Assembly: GCA_951406725.2 (NCBI GenBank)
Contig: OX597818.1
Location: forward strand, 85,746,001 to 85,810,000
Length of the DNA: 64,000 nt
Direction of reading: 5' to 3'
From: Octopus vulgaris
Taxonomy: Eukaryota
In this document: piece by piece, positions 40,525 to 53,829 of the stretch
Position numbering within the stretch: position 1 is the stretch's first letter
How the letters are laid out: each line of letters opens with the position of its first letter
Translations under genes and position numbers: made by a program
The notes under the pieces: model-generated
Seen by the model: the letters and a program-made list of their open reading frames with translations, nothing else
What the model was told of the DNA's origin: nothing
The model's database searches: none

Positions 40525-42511
40525 TGAAAACAAGGATAAAATCATTTGTAATTTCTGAAGAAAATATTAAAACAACTGAAAGTGGATTTATCAAAGATTT
40601 ATGTTAGATCATGGTAATTGTTTTGTTTTTTTATTTTGTTTTAATGCACAAGCATGGTTGTGTAGTTAATGAGCTTGCTTTGCAACCACACACTCTTGGG
40701 TTCAGTCTCATTGCATGGCACCTAGGATGAGTGTCTTCTACTAGAATCCGTGGCTGATAACCTTGAGAGTGAATTTGGTAGACAGAAACAGTGTGGAGGT
40801 CCATTGTATATGTATACTTATATAAATGTGTGTGTGTCTTTAAGTTTGCTCCCTCACCCCATTGCTTGACAACAGCATTTCAGTAAAAGAGACTGACTGA
40901 CAGACTATGTACTAGACTTTAAAAAAAATATTTATGATAAATATGATAAGTACTGAGATTGCTTTCTTAGTTTAAACCATTCATGGTAGTGCCCCAGCAT
41001 GGCCACAGCCCAGTGACTTGACTACGTAAATGATAAATGGTAAAATGTATTTCTGAAGCTCAAAGTTTATATGAAAGAAGAAAGCAAGAACCTTTTAAGT
41101 ATTTTCTCTTAGTCTACATGTCAACTAAGTAGGACCAGTTATTGGGAGTCATCATCATTTAGTGTCTGCTTTCCATGCTGGCATGGGTTGGCCAGTTTGA
41201 CTGAAGCTGGTAAGCTGGAGAGCTGCACCAGGTTCCAATCTGATTTGGCATGTTTTCTACAGCTGGTTGCCCTTCCTAACACCAACCACTCCAAGGGTGT
41301 AATGGGTGCTTTTTACTTGGTGCTGGCATCGGCCACAACTGTGATTTCATTTGGCTTGATGAATCTTCTGAAGCATAGCATATCACCAAAGGTCTCAATC
41401 ACTTATCACTTCCATGAGGCTCAATTAAATTTCAGAACCCGAAGTTTTGAACAGCAATATATATGAGGTGAGACACATGTCTTTCCAAAGCAAATTAGAG
41501 ACATAATCATTGTATTTAATTTATCTTTTATCTTTTTACTTGTTTCAGTCGTTAGACTGTGGCCATGCTGGGGCACTGATTTGAAGAATTTTTAGTTGAA
41601 TGTGTCAACTCCAGTACTTTATATTTTTAAAGCCTGAAACTTATTCTAGCAGTCTGTTTTGCTAAACCACTAAGTTACAGGGACATAAACATGCCAACAC
41701 TGGTTGTCAAGCAGTAGTAGGGGAGGGCAAAGGCATGCACACACTCACACACTCATATACGATGGACCATTTTTAGTTTTCATTTCCCAAATCTACTCAC
41801 AAGGCTTTGGTTGGCTCATGGCTATAATAGAAGTCATTTTCCCAAAGTGCCACACAGTGGGACTGAACCCTTAACCATGTAGTTGAGAAGTAAGCTTCTT
41901 ACAACAGAGCCACTTTTCCATACTTGCATAAGTCAGGTGGAATTTATTGAGGCAAATTTCCTATAATTAGGTGCTCCTCCTGTCACTAACCTTCACCTGT
42001 TTCCAAGTAAGGTAATATTCCCCATGACCAGACATGTTTTCATGGAAGATTGAAAATAAAGGACACCGCTTGTATGACGGTGACATTCATTTACAACTAT
42101 TACCTGAAGTCAAGGCAACCAGACAGTAACATAGACACATACATACACTTGATGTTTGTCTCATCTCATCAGATGATAGTCATCTCACATTCAACCTGAT
42201 TGTTCTGATTTGCTTTCATCTATGCATTTGCATAGATATGACTTTTCAGCTATACACCCATTGCCATAGAACATTATGAAAGATAAAACAGGTCAAGAAA
42301 TGAAATGATAGTGAGACATCTGTATGTCATTGGATTTAAGTGATAAAATCTTTAAGACATTTCAACCATGCTCTATCAACATAGTAGGTTCCAATGACAA
42401 GCATTGCAAGATGGCTGGCATTATTTTGACTGCAAGTTTTATGACAGAGCATCTTTCTCCTAGAAGAGCTGTCTTTCCTATACCTTTGTCAAAAATGACA
42501 GGAGTCTTCTC

Positions 42512-42973
42512 CAGGGTCGGATTAAGACCCATCGAGGCCCTAAGCACTTAAAAGATTTTGGTGCCCCCATAAAGGCTTATGTAATTCAAAATTTAAACAA
42601 TAACAAACCATAAAATAAATTTTTATTTTTCAAAATGAAACAAAACATTAAGAGGGAAAATAATGTTTATTTTTGTATACTTCCACTTCATTAATAGAGG
42701 ACTGTGCCAGAAAACCCTTATTTTTGCTGTTCCAAGCAATCAAAGTTTTCTCCTACATTTTAGAATTGCAAAGTCTTTGCTCAGATCCTCAAAATTAATC
42801 TTAGGTAACACATCTGCATCTATACTTAGAAATAAAGGCATCCTGAATATTATTTTAGCAACTTTAAAGTGATTTCTTTTGTACCATAAACCATTTACCA
42901 TTTCTGTGGTGCCCCTCCTTCCCTTGATGCCCTAAGCACGTGCTTATTTTATTTAATGGTTAATCCAGCGCTG
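42512..42973 (-). mobile_element. Non-autonomous hAT element (462 bp) with a transposase C-terminal remnant and a captured plexin exon fragment
   Basis: Perfect 8-bp TSD GTCTTCTC (42504-42511 / 42974-42981); TIRs CAGGGTCGGATTAA / TTAATCCAGCGCTG (11/14 match); minus strand ~42740-42832 reads FLSIDADVLPKINFEDLSKDFAILKCRRKL*, resembling hAT dimerization-domain ends. Confidence 0.9.
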
Positions 42974-44286
42974 GTCTTCTCTACTCCTGAGAAATTTACC
43001 CTGGTAGATGCTACTGTTCCTGGTCAAAACAGACCAAGGAGTAATGGTAACTAAGGGTGACACCATGCTCCCCACAACTCCAGAACTCCTGGATTGAAGC
43101 CTCACCACTGGATGCATTTTAATGTCATACCCAGGACACACACACACACTCATTTGTATACACATGACAGGCTCCTTTCAGTTTCTGTCTGCCAAATCCA
43201 CCTACAAGGCATTAGTTTGCTCAGGGCTATAGCAGAAGACACTTGCTCAAGGTACCACCCAGTGAGACTGAACCTAGAACCATGTAGGAGGGAAACAACA
43301 TGCTTACCACACAGCCATGTCATGAAATGATTGCAGGCTTGGTTTTCGACTGCACTGGTACCACTAGTGCAAAGGATTAGTGTTAACTGATTTAATCCAT
43401 ATTAGTACATAACTGGTATAAGTCAAGGAAGCCTTTCTGTGGTTGCTTGACTTGCTAGAATTAGTTGCCAAATCACCTTCAAATTGACATTGAACTATCA
43501 CAAACTTATAAAAGGAAGATATTACCATCTGGATTGATCTTTGTAAAAGCCTAAAGGGATGAAGGGTGAAAACAGCACCATCAGGATTTATTTTTGGTAG
43601 TACGAGATACATCTAGTTGCTGTTACTACTTATACTGCTACCACCACTAAGGAGCTAAGGAGTAGGACTTGGTGGAGGAAGAGGAGGTAAAAAGCAAGTC
43701 TGTGTGTGACTGCATATCCACATGAAGAAATGAAACAATGTATGTATGTGTGCATCTGGATAAATGAGTAAAAGTACATGTGTATGTCAGCACACACACA
43801 CACACACACACACAAAGACTGATGTACATATACATCAGCAAGCTAAGAATAAAAAAATATATATATAAAACAATGACAGACACAATATGGCAGATATTTC
43901 TATATTTTATGAGAAAAAGGAGCAGTCTGTCCCCACTTTTTAGGGAGAATAAGGAGTAGTCTAGGCAGATGCATAAGGGATTGAAGAGGAGAATCACCCC
44001 CCCCCCTAATAGGGGAGGAGGTACCTGAAGGAGTGAGGGTATGCACAGGAAGAATACTATTAGCATTCCTTTCTTTTCAAAGAAAGGGGAGAAAGGCTAC
44101 AACTAGAGACAAGAATAATAAAACAGAATTGCAATCTCCTCCTCATCCTCCTCTCCCTCCTCTTCTATACATCTAAATCTTTAAGGGACAGACTTGTTAT
44201 ATTTTCTTTGTATTTTATGTCTTTCAGACGGGAGTTTGGGATAGGAAGAGGCTGCAAAGGAAGAAAAGCTGAGGAACAGCTTCATA

Positions 44287-44350
<64 letters not shown>

Positions 44351-45250
44351 AAACATATGTGTATGTGTATATGTAGATGCAGAGAGACGGACAAACAGAT
44401 GCCAGGGCAGAAAGATAAAGGAATAGTCAGGCAGTTGATATTTAGATAAATAGATTGAGATATATTGAAAGAGTCAGCCAGCCATATTGAGAGGTACTGA
44501 AGTAGGGGAACAGTTTGTAAAGTATATCTATCTATCTATCTGTCTGCCTGCAAATATATGTATGCATGTGTGTATATACAAATGCACGCATGATGTATGG
44601 CTTAGCTGGTCAAAACTTTGAAGTCACTGCCAACAACATTGTTATTTAAGAATAATAAATATGTACTCTACAAAAGTACAGAGCAACTCATCAGATTAAT
44701 ATAAAATTGTTTTTATTATAACTGAACATGAAAACAAACATTAATGTGTGTGTGCGTGTAGATATATATATGTATATATATATATATATTATTTGTTTTT
44801 ATGTATATAAGTACAGGCATGACTGTGGTAACAAACTTGCTTCCCAACCACATGGTCTTAAGGTTCAATTCCATTGCATAGCACCTTCTACTACAGCCCC
44901 AAACTAACCAAAGTCTTGCATGTGGATTTGGGAGACAGAAGCTGAAAGAAGCCCAGCTTGGCACAACCTTTGCCAGCTCTTGTCAAACCATCCAACTCAT
45001 GGAAAAGACGTTAAATAATTATGGTGTGTGTGTGTGTTACTGTCTCCTTACCTTGACTTCATGCCATACTTATAAACAAATCTCATCATCCTGCAATAGT
45101 GGCCTTTTGTTTCTAATCTCCTGTGAAAACATGTCTGGTGTTGGGTGAAGGTTGGCAACAAGAATGGCATCTGTCTACAGAAAATCTGTCGCCACAAATT
45201 CTCTCCAACCCATGTAAGCTTGGGAAAGTGGATGTTAAACAATGATGATG

Positions 45251-45309
<59 letters not shown>

Positions 45310-45768
45310 TATATATATACATACCTCACACACACGTACACACATATATTTCATGTGCTGGAGACACATGAAAAGCACCCATGCCAGTGAGACATAACTG
45401 GCATTTGGTACGCTCTGTGGAGTGGCTGGCATTAGGAAGGTCATCCAATTGTAGAAACCAAGCCAAAACAGACTGGAACTTGATGCAGCTCTCTGGCTTC
45501 CCTGTTCCATTCAAACTGCCTGACCCATTCCAGTATGGAGAACAGACACTATGATGATGATGGTAATGGTGATGGTGGATGCAGGCATGGCTGTATGATT
45601 AAGAAGTTTGTTTCCCAACCATACGCTTTCAAGTTCAGTCAGAATGCACAACACTTTCAGCAAGTCTTCTAATTATAATTCTGGGCCAACCACAAACATA
45701 AAATAAGTTGACAAAGATTCCATGAATTTCTGGGTTTAACGTTTCCCTCTTTCTCTCTTTCTTTGTAG

Positions 45769-45915
45769 GACTGTGCCGGAAAACCCTTATTTTTGCTGTT
45801 CCAAGCAATCAAGCATCAGGTATCAAAAGGCCCCGTTGATGCTATCTCCAGTGAAGCTAAGTACTCCCTGAGTGAAGACAAACTGATTCGTCAGCAGATA
45901 GATTTCCGCACGCTG
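45769..45915 (+). CDS. PlexA: Plexin A exon 8: [49 protein letters not shown]
   Basis: Read manually (not in ORF track): long pyrimidine tract + tgtAG, GTGAGT donor, 147 nt, phase 0/0; KGPxDA...[14 protein letters not shown] plexin A motif. Confidence 0.97.
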
Positions 45916-46104
45916 GTGAGTACATCCAATCTATCTTTCCTTTTTACTTTCTCATTAGAAGTACCTTAACTTAGATAAGAGAAATAACATTGTGTAAGTA
46001 GCATGTGTTGTTGTACAAACCAGGTGATATTTGATTCACACTTAGTAGCTGACTGAACTTATCAACTTGTAAGATAACAAGTGCTCATTCTTAAGCTTCT
46101 ACAT

Positions 46105-46389
46105 CAGTATTTCTCAACCACTTTTTTAACTCTGGACCCTTTTGATTCTTATTTTACTTGGATGGACCCACCATTCGATTTTTAAAAAGTCAGTATATAT
46201 AATGAAATATTATTAGAAATTGCATTAAAAAAAATTGCTAAGATAATTTGTGAATTGGTCATGTATAACAAGTTTATTGCAGATAAATTTTAACAAACAA
46301 AATCTTATATGGACCCCAAGGGGCCATATGGACCCCAAAGGGCCATATGGACCCCAAAGGGCTATATGGACTCCAGTTGAGGACCACTG
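46105..46389. mobile_element. hAT (Charlie-like) MITE with three subterminal ~19-bp tandem repeats; truncated relative at ~48118-48320
   Basis: TIRs CAGTATTTCTCAAC / GTTGAGGACCACTG; TSD TTCTACAT / TTCTAGAT (7/8); repeats GGACCCCAARGGGCCATAT at 46311-46370. Confidence 0.88.
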
Positions 46390-47204
46390 TTCTAGATAAT
46401 GGTTTTCTTACATCTGATGACGAGTGTAAGAATCTGTAAGGGTAGAAATGGTATTGCTTGTTTAACCCTTGCAATACTAACATTCCTGAAACCTGCCCAG
46501 GTTATATGATACAAACTTTCTGATTTAAAATGATCTAAATTTAAACCTTCCATAAAAATCTTGTCATGTTCCAAACACCAGCTAATGACAAAGTTGTTTT
46601 ATTGAATTCTTTGTTATTTTCTAAATTAATTGAAACAATAGCGGTGTATTTAAACAGAAATGTGGTAGCAAATGGGTTAAACATGAATTCTAATCTTTCT
46701 AAGTTTTCAGCAGATTATTCACTCTTACATGCTAGTGTGTTGTACAACTTAGTGAAAGATCTATTTGTCTTTTATATTTGAGACAAACTGTGTGCCAAAC
46801 TCTACTCAAAACCATTCAGTGCTGCTACATCTTTTACAATTGTTTGTGCTGTGTCACCATCCAGCCAGTATAGTAAAAACTTTGGCCAAAACTTCCTTTC
46901 CAGAAGAGTAACCATCTTGGAGAGGTGTGGTCTGAAAGCAATGTAGCCAGAATTAGACTAAGGTGATAATTTTGGAGGGGAACTTTAGCATTGCTAACAA
47001 TAAAGTGATTCTCTTTCAGAATGACGAATATAACGTAATATAAATATTGAACTAACATTGTAATTTCAAAACGTATTAACTTCAGTTTGCTCAGGGTATT
47101 TAGTTATATTCTTTTATGTCCCAAGTTCAAATTCCACTAGGTTTGATTTTTTTTCTTTGCTTTTCATTTTAATCAATTCATAGGGCTAATTAAAATAGGT
47201 ATCA

Positions 47205-47393
47205 TTAACCCTTTAGCATTCAGAATACTCTGTTGAATTTATTTACATTGTCTTGAATTAATCATGCATAACCTCAAAGCTTCAAAATTTCGATGATGTA
47301 GGATCAGTGTGACAGACAGGATTTTGCTGGTTTGAACATAAAACAGGTAAGATATTTGGGTTGGATGTGACCAATGGAATGCTAAAGAGATAA
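47205..47393. mobile_element. piggyBac-type MITE family 2; copies at 2830-3017, 38210-38783 (SINE-interrupted), 47935-48117, 48570-48775 (inverted)
   Basis: TTAACCCTTTAGCATTCAGA start, ...TGCTAAAG end, shared internal ttgaattaatcatgcatta...tttgaacataa. Confidence 0.7.
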
Positions 47394-47523
47394 AATAGGT
47401 ACTATTAATGTTCTAGTGTTATTGCTATACACTGTACTCCTTATAAATTTATCTTCAAATGCCAGTGTCTAAATGTGTTTGCATATATTTATTCATATCT
47501 TTCTTTCTCTTATATATTCACAG

Positions 47524-47683
47524 ACAATAAATGTGTGTGACACAGAGCAGTTTAGCCAACCATATGTTCCAGTCAAAGTACTCGACTGTGACACCATCAC
47601 ACATGTCAAGGAGAAAATCATGGATGCCATCTACAAGAATGCTCCATTTAGTAGACGGCCACCCATAGAGAGCTTAGACCTTG
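47524..47683 (+). CDS. PlexA: Plexin A exon 9: Rho-binding domain, TINVCDTEQFSQPYVPVKVLDCDTITHVKEKIMDAIYKNAPFSRRPPIESLDL
   Basis: cacAG acceptor, GTAAGT donor, phase 0/1; PVKVLxCDTITxVKEKIxDA RBD motif. Confidence 0.97.
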
Positions 47684-49819
47684 GTAAGTGACATTCTTAG
47701 TGATGGATGAAACAATTCCATCAGCATAACTATATATAACCAAGTTTGTTCACTTTAGAAGTTTTAAGAGAATTGTTGTCTGTTCCCTCTTTATCTTGTC
47801 CAACTTCCTTTCTAAAGCATTTTGTTTTTAAGTGATTACCAAGAGATTTTGCAAAAATAATCCAGTAAAATTTCAATACTTTCAATTCCACAGCTGAATC
47901 CAACACTCATAGTTTCTGTTCCATGAAATTACTGTAACCTCTTTAGTATTCACATTGTTTTGAATTAATAATACATTATTTATTTCATAGCTTCAAGATT
48001 TCAGTGATGTAATTTGTTTATTTTTAGAATGACATTGTAAGGTGATCATAAACTGCATCTGGCCAGCTTAAACATAAGTCATATAGAATATTTTGGCTGG
48101 ACATGGTCAGTTTAAATCAGTAATTCTTAAACCTTTGTGTTTTTTTTGTTACTGATAGACCCCTTTGATTCCTATGTTACTCAGATGGTCCCCCTACGCC
48201 ATTCAATGTTTAAAAAGTCCTCTTTTTGTAATTAAATATCATTAGGAAGTGTATTAAAAAGAAACTTTTAAAATATTTTGTGTATTGTAGAATTTCTTGC
48301 TTGTTGATTTTAATAACAAAAAAAAAAAATGTCTTGACATATACATCTGGATCCCATATCAAAGTTGGACCTGATTGTTTTAAATATTGGTTTCAAATTT
48401 TGGTACAAAGCCATCAAGTTTGATGTGGGGGCAGTAAATCAATTAAGCTAACTTAGGCAGAATTAGAACTCAGAACATGAAGAAGAAGAAAGAAATATCA
48501 CTAAGCATTTTGCCCAGCATGCTAATGATTCTACCAGCTCACTATTTTAGATTGCTTTAAATAATACATGATTTAAACCAGCTATATCCAGCTCAAAACA
48601 TGCTGCCTGTTTTACATTCAAACTAGCCAAATCCAGCCCCTCACACTTAAACTACAGTATCATTCTTGAAAAAAAGCAACTGTATCATTGAAATCTCAAA
48701 GCTACAAGATAATATATGGTTAATTCATAACAATGTGGGTAAATAAGCATTTATAATTTGATAGCTGAAAGGTCAATGGACAAAAAACTTTTTATCCTGA
48801 ACATGCCCTTCTCAAATTGGAGTTTGTTTGCATTTTTATGCCATCAAATACACTATTTATATTTATCGTTTCAAGCTTGCAATCTTAAAGTAAAAAAAAA
48901 ATCTTCAATTAGAAAATTTGGTCTTGTAAAAGAAAACAAATTTTGATGTATCTATTCTATCAGACATTTTGCTCCAAATGATAGAATTTTGAGTGTTGTT
49001 GTCTCTCTGGTTTTGAAAATATTGGAACAAGAAATATCTTTCAAACAAAGGTGACAGAACTGAAGGAGAGAATAGTCAGACATAATGATTTAATAATGAT
49101 ATTAATAGTTAAAGTAGCTTAAGATTACAAGTTCAAACCAGAGCAAGGTTCTGTTTTTTTTTTTTTTATCCCTACAAGGATTATAAAAATAAATAACAGT
49201 AATGTTTCAGGTTCAGTTCTAGTTGTCTGATATTACTCTGGGTCTCTGTACCTAATTGAAAGATATCGATATATGTCAAAATTTCATTTTTGTTTTTGTT
49301 CTTGTTGTTTTCTTTTTTCTTTTCAGGATGAATTTTTATTGTTGTTTGTTTTACCTTACTGTGTATAATTAGACCCTAAATAAGGGGTCAGTATTATCAT
49401 ACCAAATGCTAGAAAAATCAATATTATTTAAGAACATGAGAACTTTTTAAAATTTTTTTCTGTAATTGAGTGAGCTTACGTCTTCAGAATTTGAATTCTA
49501 TTTGTCATGTTTGTTAACATGTAACCTTAGAAACTCATTCAATTCTTAATTATAAATCTTCCACAAACAAAATAACAATTGATTATGATGATGATGAGCA
49601 GCAGAAGAGAGAGCACAAGAAAAGGAAGATTTTTTTTTTGTTTTGCAATAGTGTATTAACACAATGAATTAGATAGAAAGTCATTATAAAATGTGAGATA
49701 AGGGTTTCAAACCTTATCCACCCTACAATGTTGCTTCAAATTTCATTAGAGCAACACTACCACTACAACCAACTCGACCACCACCAATTATGATCATAAT
49801 AATAATAATGATAATAATA

Positions 49820-50802
49820 ATCCTTTCTACTACAGGCACAAGGCTTGAAATTTAGGGGAAGGGGTTAAGTCGATTATGTCAACCCCAGTACTCAATTGGT
49901 ACTTAATTTATTGATCCTGAAAGGACGAAAGGCAAAGTTGACCTTGGCAGAATTTGAACTCAGAACATAGTAACAGGTGAAATACTGCTAAGCATTTCAT
50001 CCGGCATGCTAACAATTCTGCCAGTTCACCACCTTTATAATAATAATGATGATGATGATGATGAATTCAAATTTTGGCTGAAGGTCAGCAGTTTTGGAGA
50101 AGGGGATAAGTCTTAATGTTCAACTGGTGCTTGTTTGATCTACCCCAAAGGGATAAAAAGCAAAGTTGACCTCAGTGGAATTTGAACTCAGAATGTAAAG
50201 ACGGATGAAATGTCACTGAGCATTTTGCCCAGCATGCTAACAATTCTCCCAGCTTGCCACTTTGATCATCATAATAATCCTTTCAACTATAGACCCGAAA
50301 TTTTGGAAGTGTGGGGAGAATCAGTTACATCGAACTCAGTGTTTGACTGGTATTTATTTTATTACCCACCCTAAAAAAATGAAAAGCCAAGTTGACTCTG
50401 GTGACATTTGAACTCAGAATGTAAAGCCAGAAGAAATGCTGTTAAGCGTTTTGTCCAGCATGCTAACGGTTCCACCAGCTCACTACCCTGATAATGATAA
50501 TGATTATAATAATTATTCTTTCTAACTTTTAGCACAGGGCCAGCTATTTTGAGGGAAAAGGGAAAGTCAACTACATCAACCCCAGTGCAAGCTTGCCACT
50601 TTATAATTCTTTCTAGTATAAACACAAGGCCAGAAATTTTGAGGGTGGAGGCTAATCAATTACATCACCCCCAGTGCTCAAGTGATACCTATCTTAATGA
50701 CCCTGAAAGTATGGAAGGCAGAGTTGACCTTAGTAGAATTTGAACCAGAAGAATGCCACTAAGCATTTTGTCCTGTATATTGACAAATCTGCTAGTTCAC
50801 CA
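49820..50802 (-). repeat. Head-to-tail tandem array of ~5 copies of the ~215-bp Deu/Nin-like SINE
   Basis: Repeated gttgacct..agaatttgaactcagaa...gcatgctaac..ttc units separated by (AAT/GAT)n. Confidence 0.85.
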
Positions 50803-51230
50803 ATAACAATAATATTAATAATAATATAAATTTAAAAAATTTTTAGTCCCTTTACTTTGAAAACCTTGTATTTATAAATGAACACATTTGTGTGCCTGCA
50901 CAAACATACACACTCATGCATAAACACACACAGAATGTGAGAGTACTTTATAGCAAGAGGAAGTGAATACAGATCAGAGAGTTTATTTATTTATTCCTTG
51001 ATAATTAAATCTTTTCACTATTCCTTTCACTAGAAAGCTTAATTTTCTAGTAAAGCTCTGTGTGTGTATGTATGCTTGCACACACACACTTGTGTGTTTC
51101 CACTAGTGATACCTCTGTCATCCCAAGGACTACCTGTCATCATGCCTATTACAGTCAGCTCTTGTAACATCACCACCACCACCACTATGATCTAACATGT
51201 GTTGCAGCTTGATATAAGAGAGAGCAGACA

Positions 51231-51271
<41 letters not shown>

Positions 51272-53829
51272 TGATACTACTGAACGATGTAGCTTGGTTA
51301 AAGGGTAGCTATGAACTGGGATTTAAATGGATTATTGTTAATCTTTATCAGTGGAAGGATTACTTCCATTTCTTAAGAATGTTCAATCTGAGACACACAA
51401 GTGCTTCCATCATTCATGTGTGTGTGTGTGTGTATAAATGTGTATATATACATATACAACTACAAACACAAAACACATTCACTCCCATCACTCTGTGTGC
51501 TTTCTCATACTTCTATCCATTTTTCTACTTCCTTGTACATCTGCCCTCATTCCTCACAGGTGTTTTGCTTCCCAGAAAATACCATGTTAAATGAATAATA
51601 GAACACATGGGGAAAACAGGTTTCATGCTGAGATCCAAAGTTGTCCCAATAACTTGCCCAAATAACACTTCCATATAGTTTTAAAACATACATACGCATA
51701 GGAGTGGCTGTGTGGTAAGTAGCTTGCTTACAGACCACATGGTATGGTTCCGGGTTCAGTCCCACTGCGTGACACCTTGGGCAAGTGTCTTCTACTATAG
51801 CCTTGGGCCAAGGCTATAGTAGCCTTGTGAGTGGATTTGGTAGATGGAAACTGAAAGAAGCCCATCGTATATATGTATGTGTGTGTATATGTTTGTGTGT
51901 CTTTGTTTGTCCTCCCAACATCACTTGAAAACTGATGCTGGTGTGTTTATGTCCCCGCAACTTAGCAGTTCGGCAAAAGAGACCGATAGAATAAGTACTA
52001 GGCTTACAAAGAATAAGTCCTGGGATTGATTTTCTCAACTAAAGGCGGTGCTCCAGCATAGCCATAGTCAAATGACTGAAACAAGTAAAAGAGTATACAT
52101 AATAATAATACTTTTTAGAAACTAGATCTTGAAGAATTTAATTGTGCATTATTATTGGCTGGATAAGGCTAGATTAAATGCTAAAAGGTTGACCAGCTCA
52201 ATAAACTCCTTTGCATCTAACTAACCCTATCTTCATTGCTGTATGAAGAGGTTTTGGTCATTGCTATATGAAGAAGTTTAGTGTGTGACAGAGATGCTAC
52301 AAGTACAGTCACAGCAAGCTTGTTTTTTGAGCTTGGTTTGTTGTAGCTTTTGACTAAAACCTTTCAGTAATCATAAATCTAATGCCACAGCAAATTTGAG
52401 TGTGCTTATGGCTAACTGAATTATATATTCTACAGATTAAAATGTCTTTCGGAAGAGAGTCATAGTAAGAAATGAAATAGGGCAAGTGCAGAGACTTGTG
52501 GGTGTGTCCTAATCAATTTTTTTTTTTTGTTCTCAAAAGAAGATCTGAGATATCCACCTCCCTATCATCTTCAATACACGATCACACATTCTTTATTCAT
52601 CCATCTATCTACTTAACTGCCCACATTCACCCATACAAAGATCACCACTTCACCCACTTACTGGCTCCGTTTTATTTTTAATCCCATTCCCTTTTAAATA
52701 GTTTGTATGTGTGTGTGATCACCAGTTATTCAAACTATGATTGAATAACTATGAATATATTCACATGAAACCTCTGGTATTGGACTATTGAATTCTATTA
52801 ATCCACTCATGCAAGTTAAGAACTCATTTTTCCTGTTAGTCACCAATGTGTGTGTGTGTATATATATATGTGTGTGTGTATATATATATGTGTGTGTGTG
52901 TGTGTGTATATTGCATATATATGTGTATGTATGTATACATATGCATATATGTACAATATATATGTATAGATTATGTGTTTATATATATGTGTGTACGCTA
53001 TATATGTATGAATACACATAAGTATGTGTGTCTACCATCAACCATAATTCAAACTCCAATTCAATAACTGAACATATCCACATGAAACTTGTGGTATTGA
53101 ACTATTGAATTCAATTCTGTTAAATGAAATTGTTCCTCCACCCATGTGGTATTAAGGACTCATTTTTTCCATTTAGTCACTTATGTGTGTGTGTGTGTGT
53201 TTATATGTATGTATATATGTATATACACACTCAAAAACATGAATACATACACATACATACAAATATAATTTATGAGTTTATATTTTTTCTATTTCTTTTT
53301 TCTTTTACTTTGTGAGGAAAACAGTGAATATATAGTCTTCTTAGTATAGCTTTTAAGGATTGTGTGTGTGTGTGTGCTTCAGCTTCACTTTTATTCTGAA
53401 GGTCTTTGAAAAAGAGAATTCTAAAAATATTACAAAATCCTTTATTCCAAAATATTGGTAAACCTATAAATTCCAAAATGCTAAATCCTCTCAGAACCTT
53501 GTGTTTGATTTTATAGCATTTTGTCAAAAGAAAAATATTAATTTGTAACAGCAGCAGAAGTAGTAGTAGTATTTCTAGTGTTGATGTTGTTGCAAATTTT
53601 ATTACTTTTTTCTTATTATTTTTAATAATATACAAACAGGCATGGCCAAGTGGTTAAGAAACTCACCTTACAACCATCTAGTTTCGAGTTCAGTCCCACT
53701 GCACAGCATTTTGGGCAAGTGTATTTTACTATAGCCTTGTCTACTATGTAGTAGACAGAAATTGAAAGAAGCCAGCCATTTATATATATATTTATATATA
53801 TATATATACATATATTTTGTTTGGTATTC

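Noticed and set aside
42698-42743. Mutually exclusive duplicate of exon 8
   Set aside because: Only 44 of 147 exon bases are copied, the frame hits a stop, and it lies inside a transposon; treated as a captured fragment.
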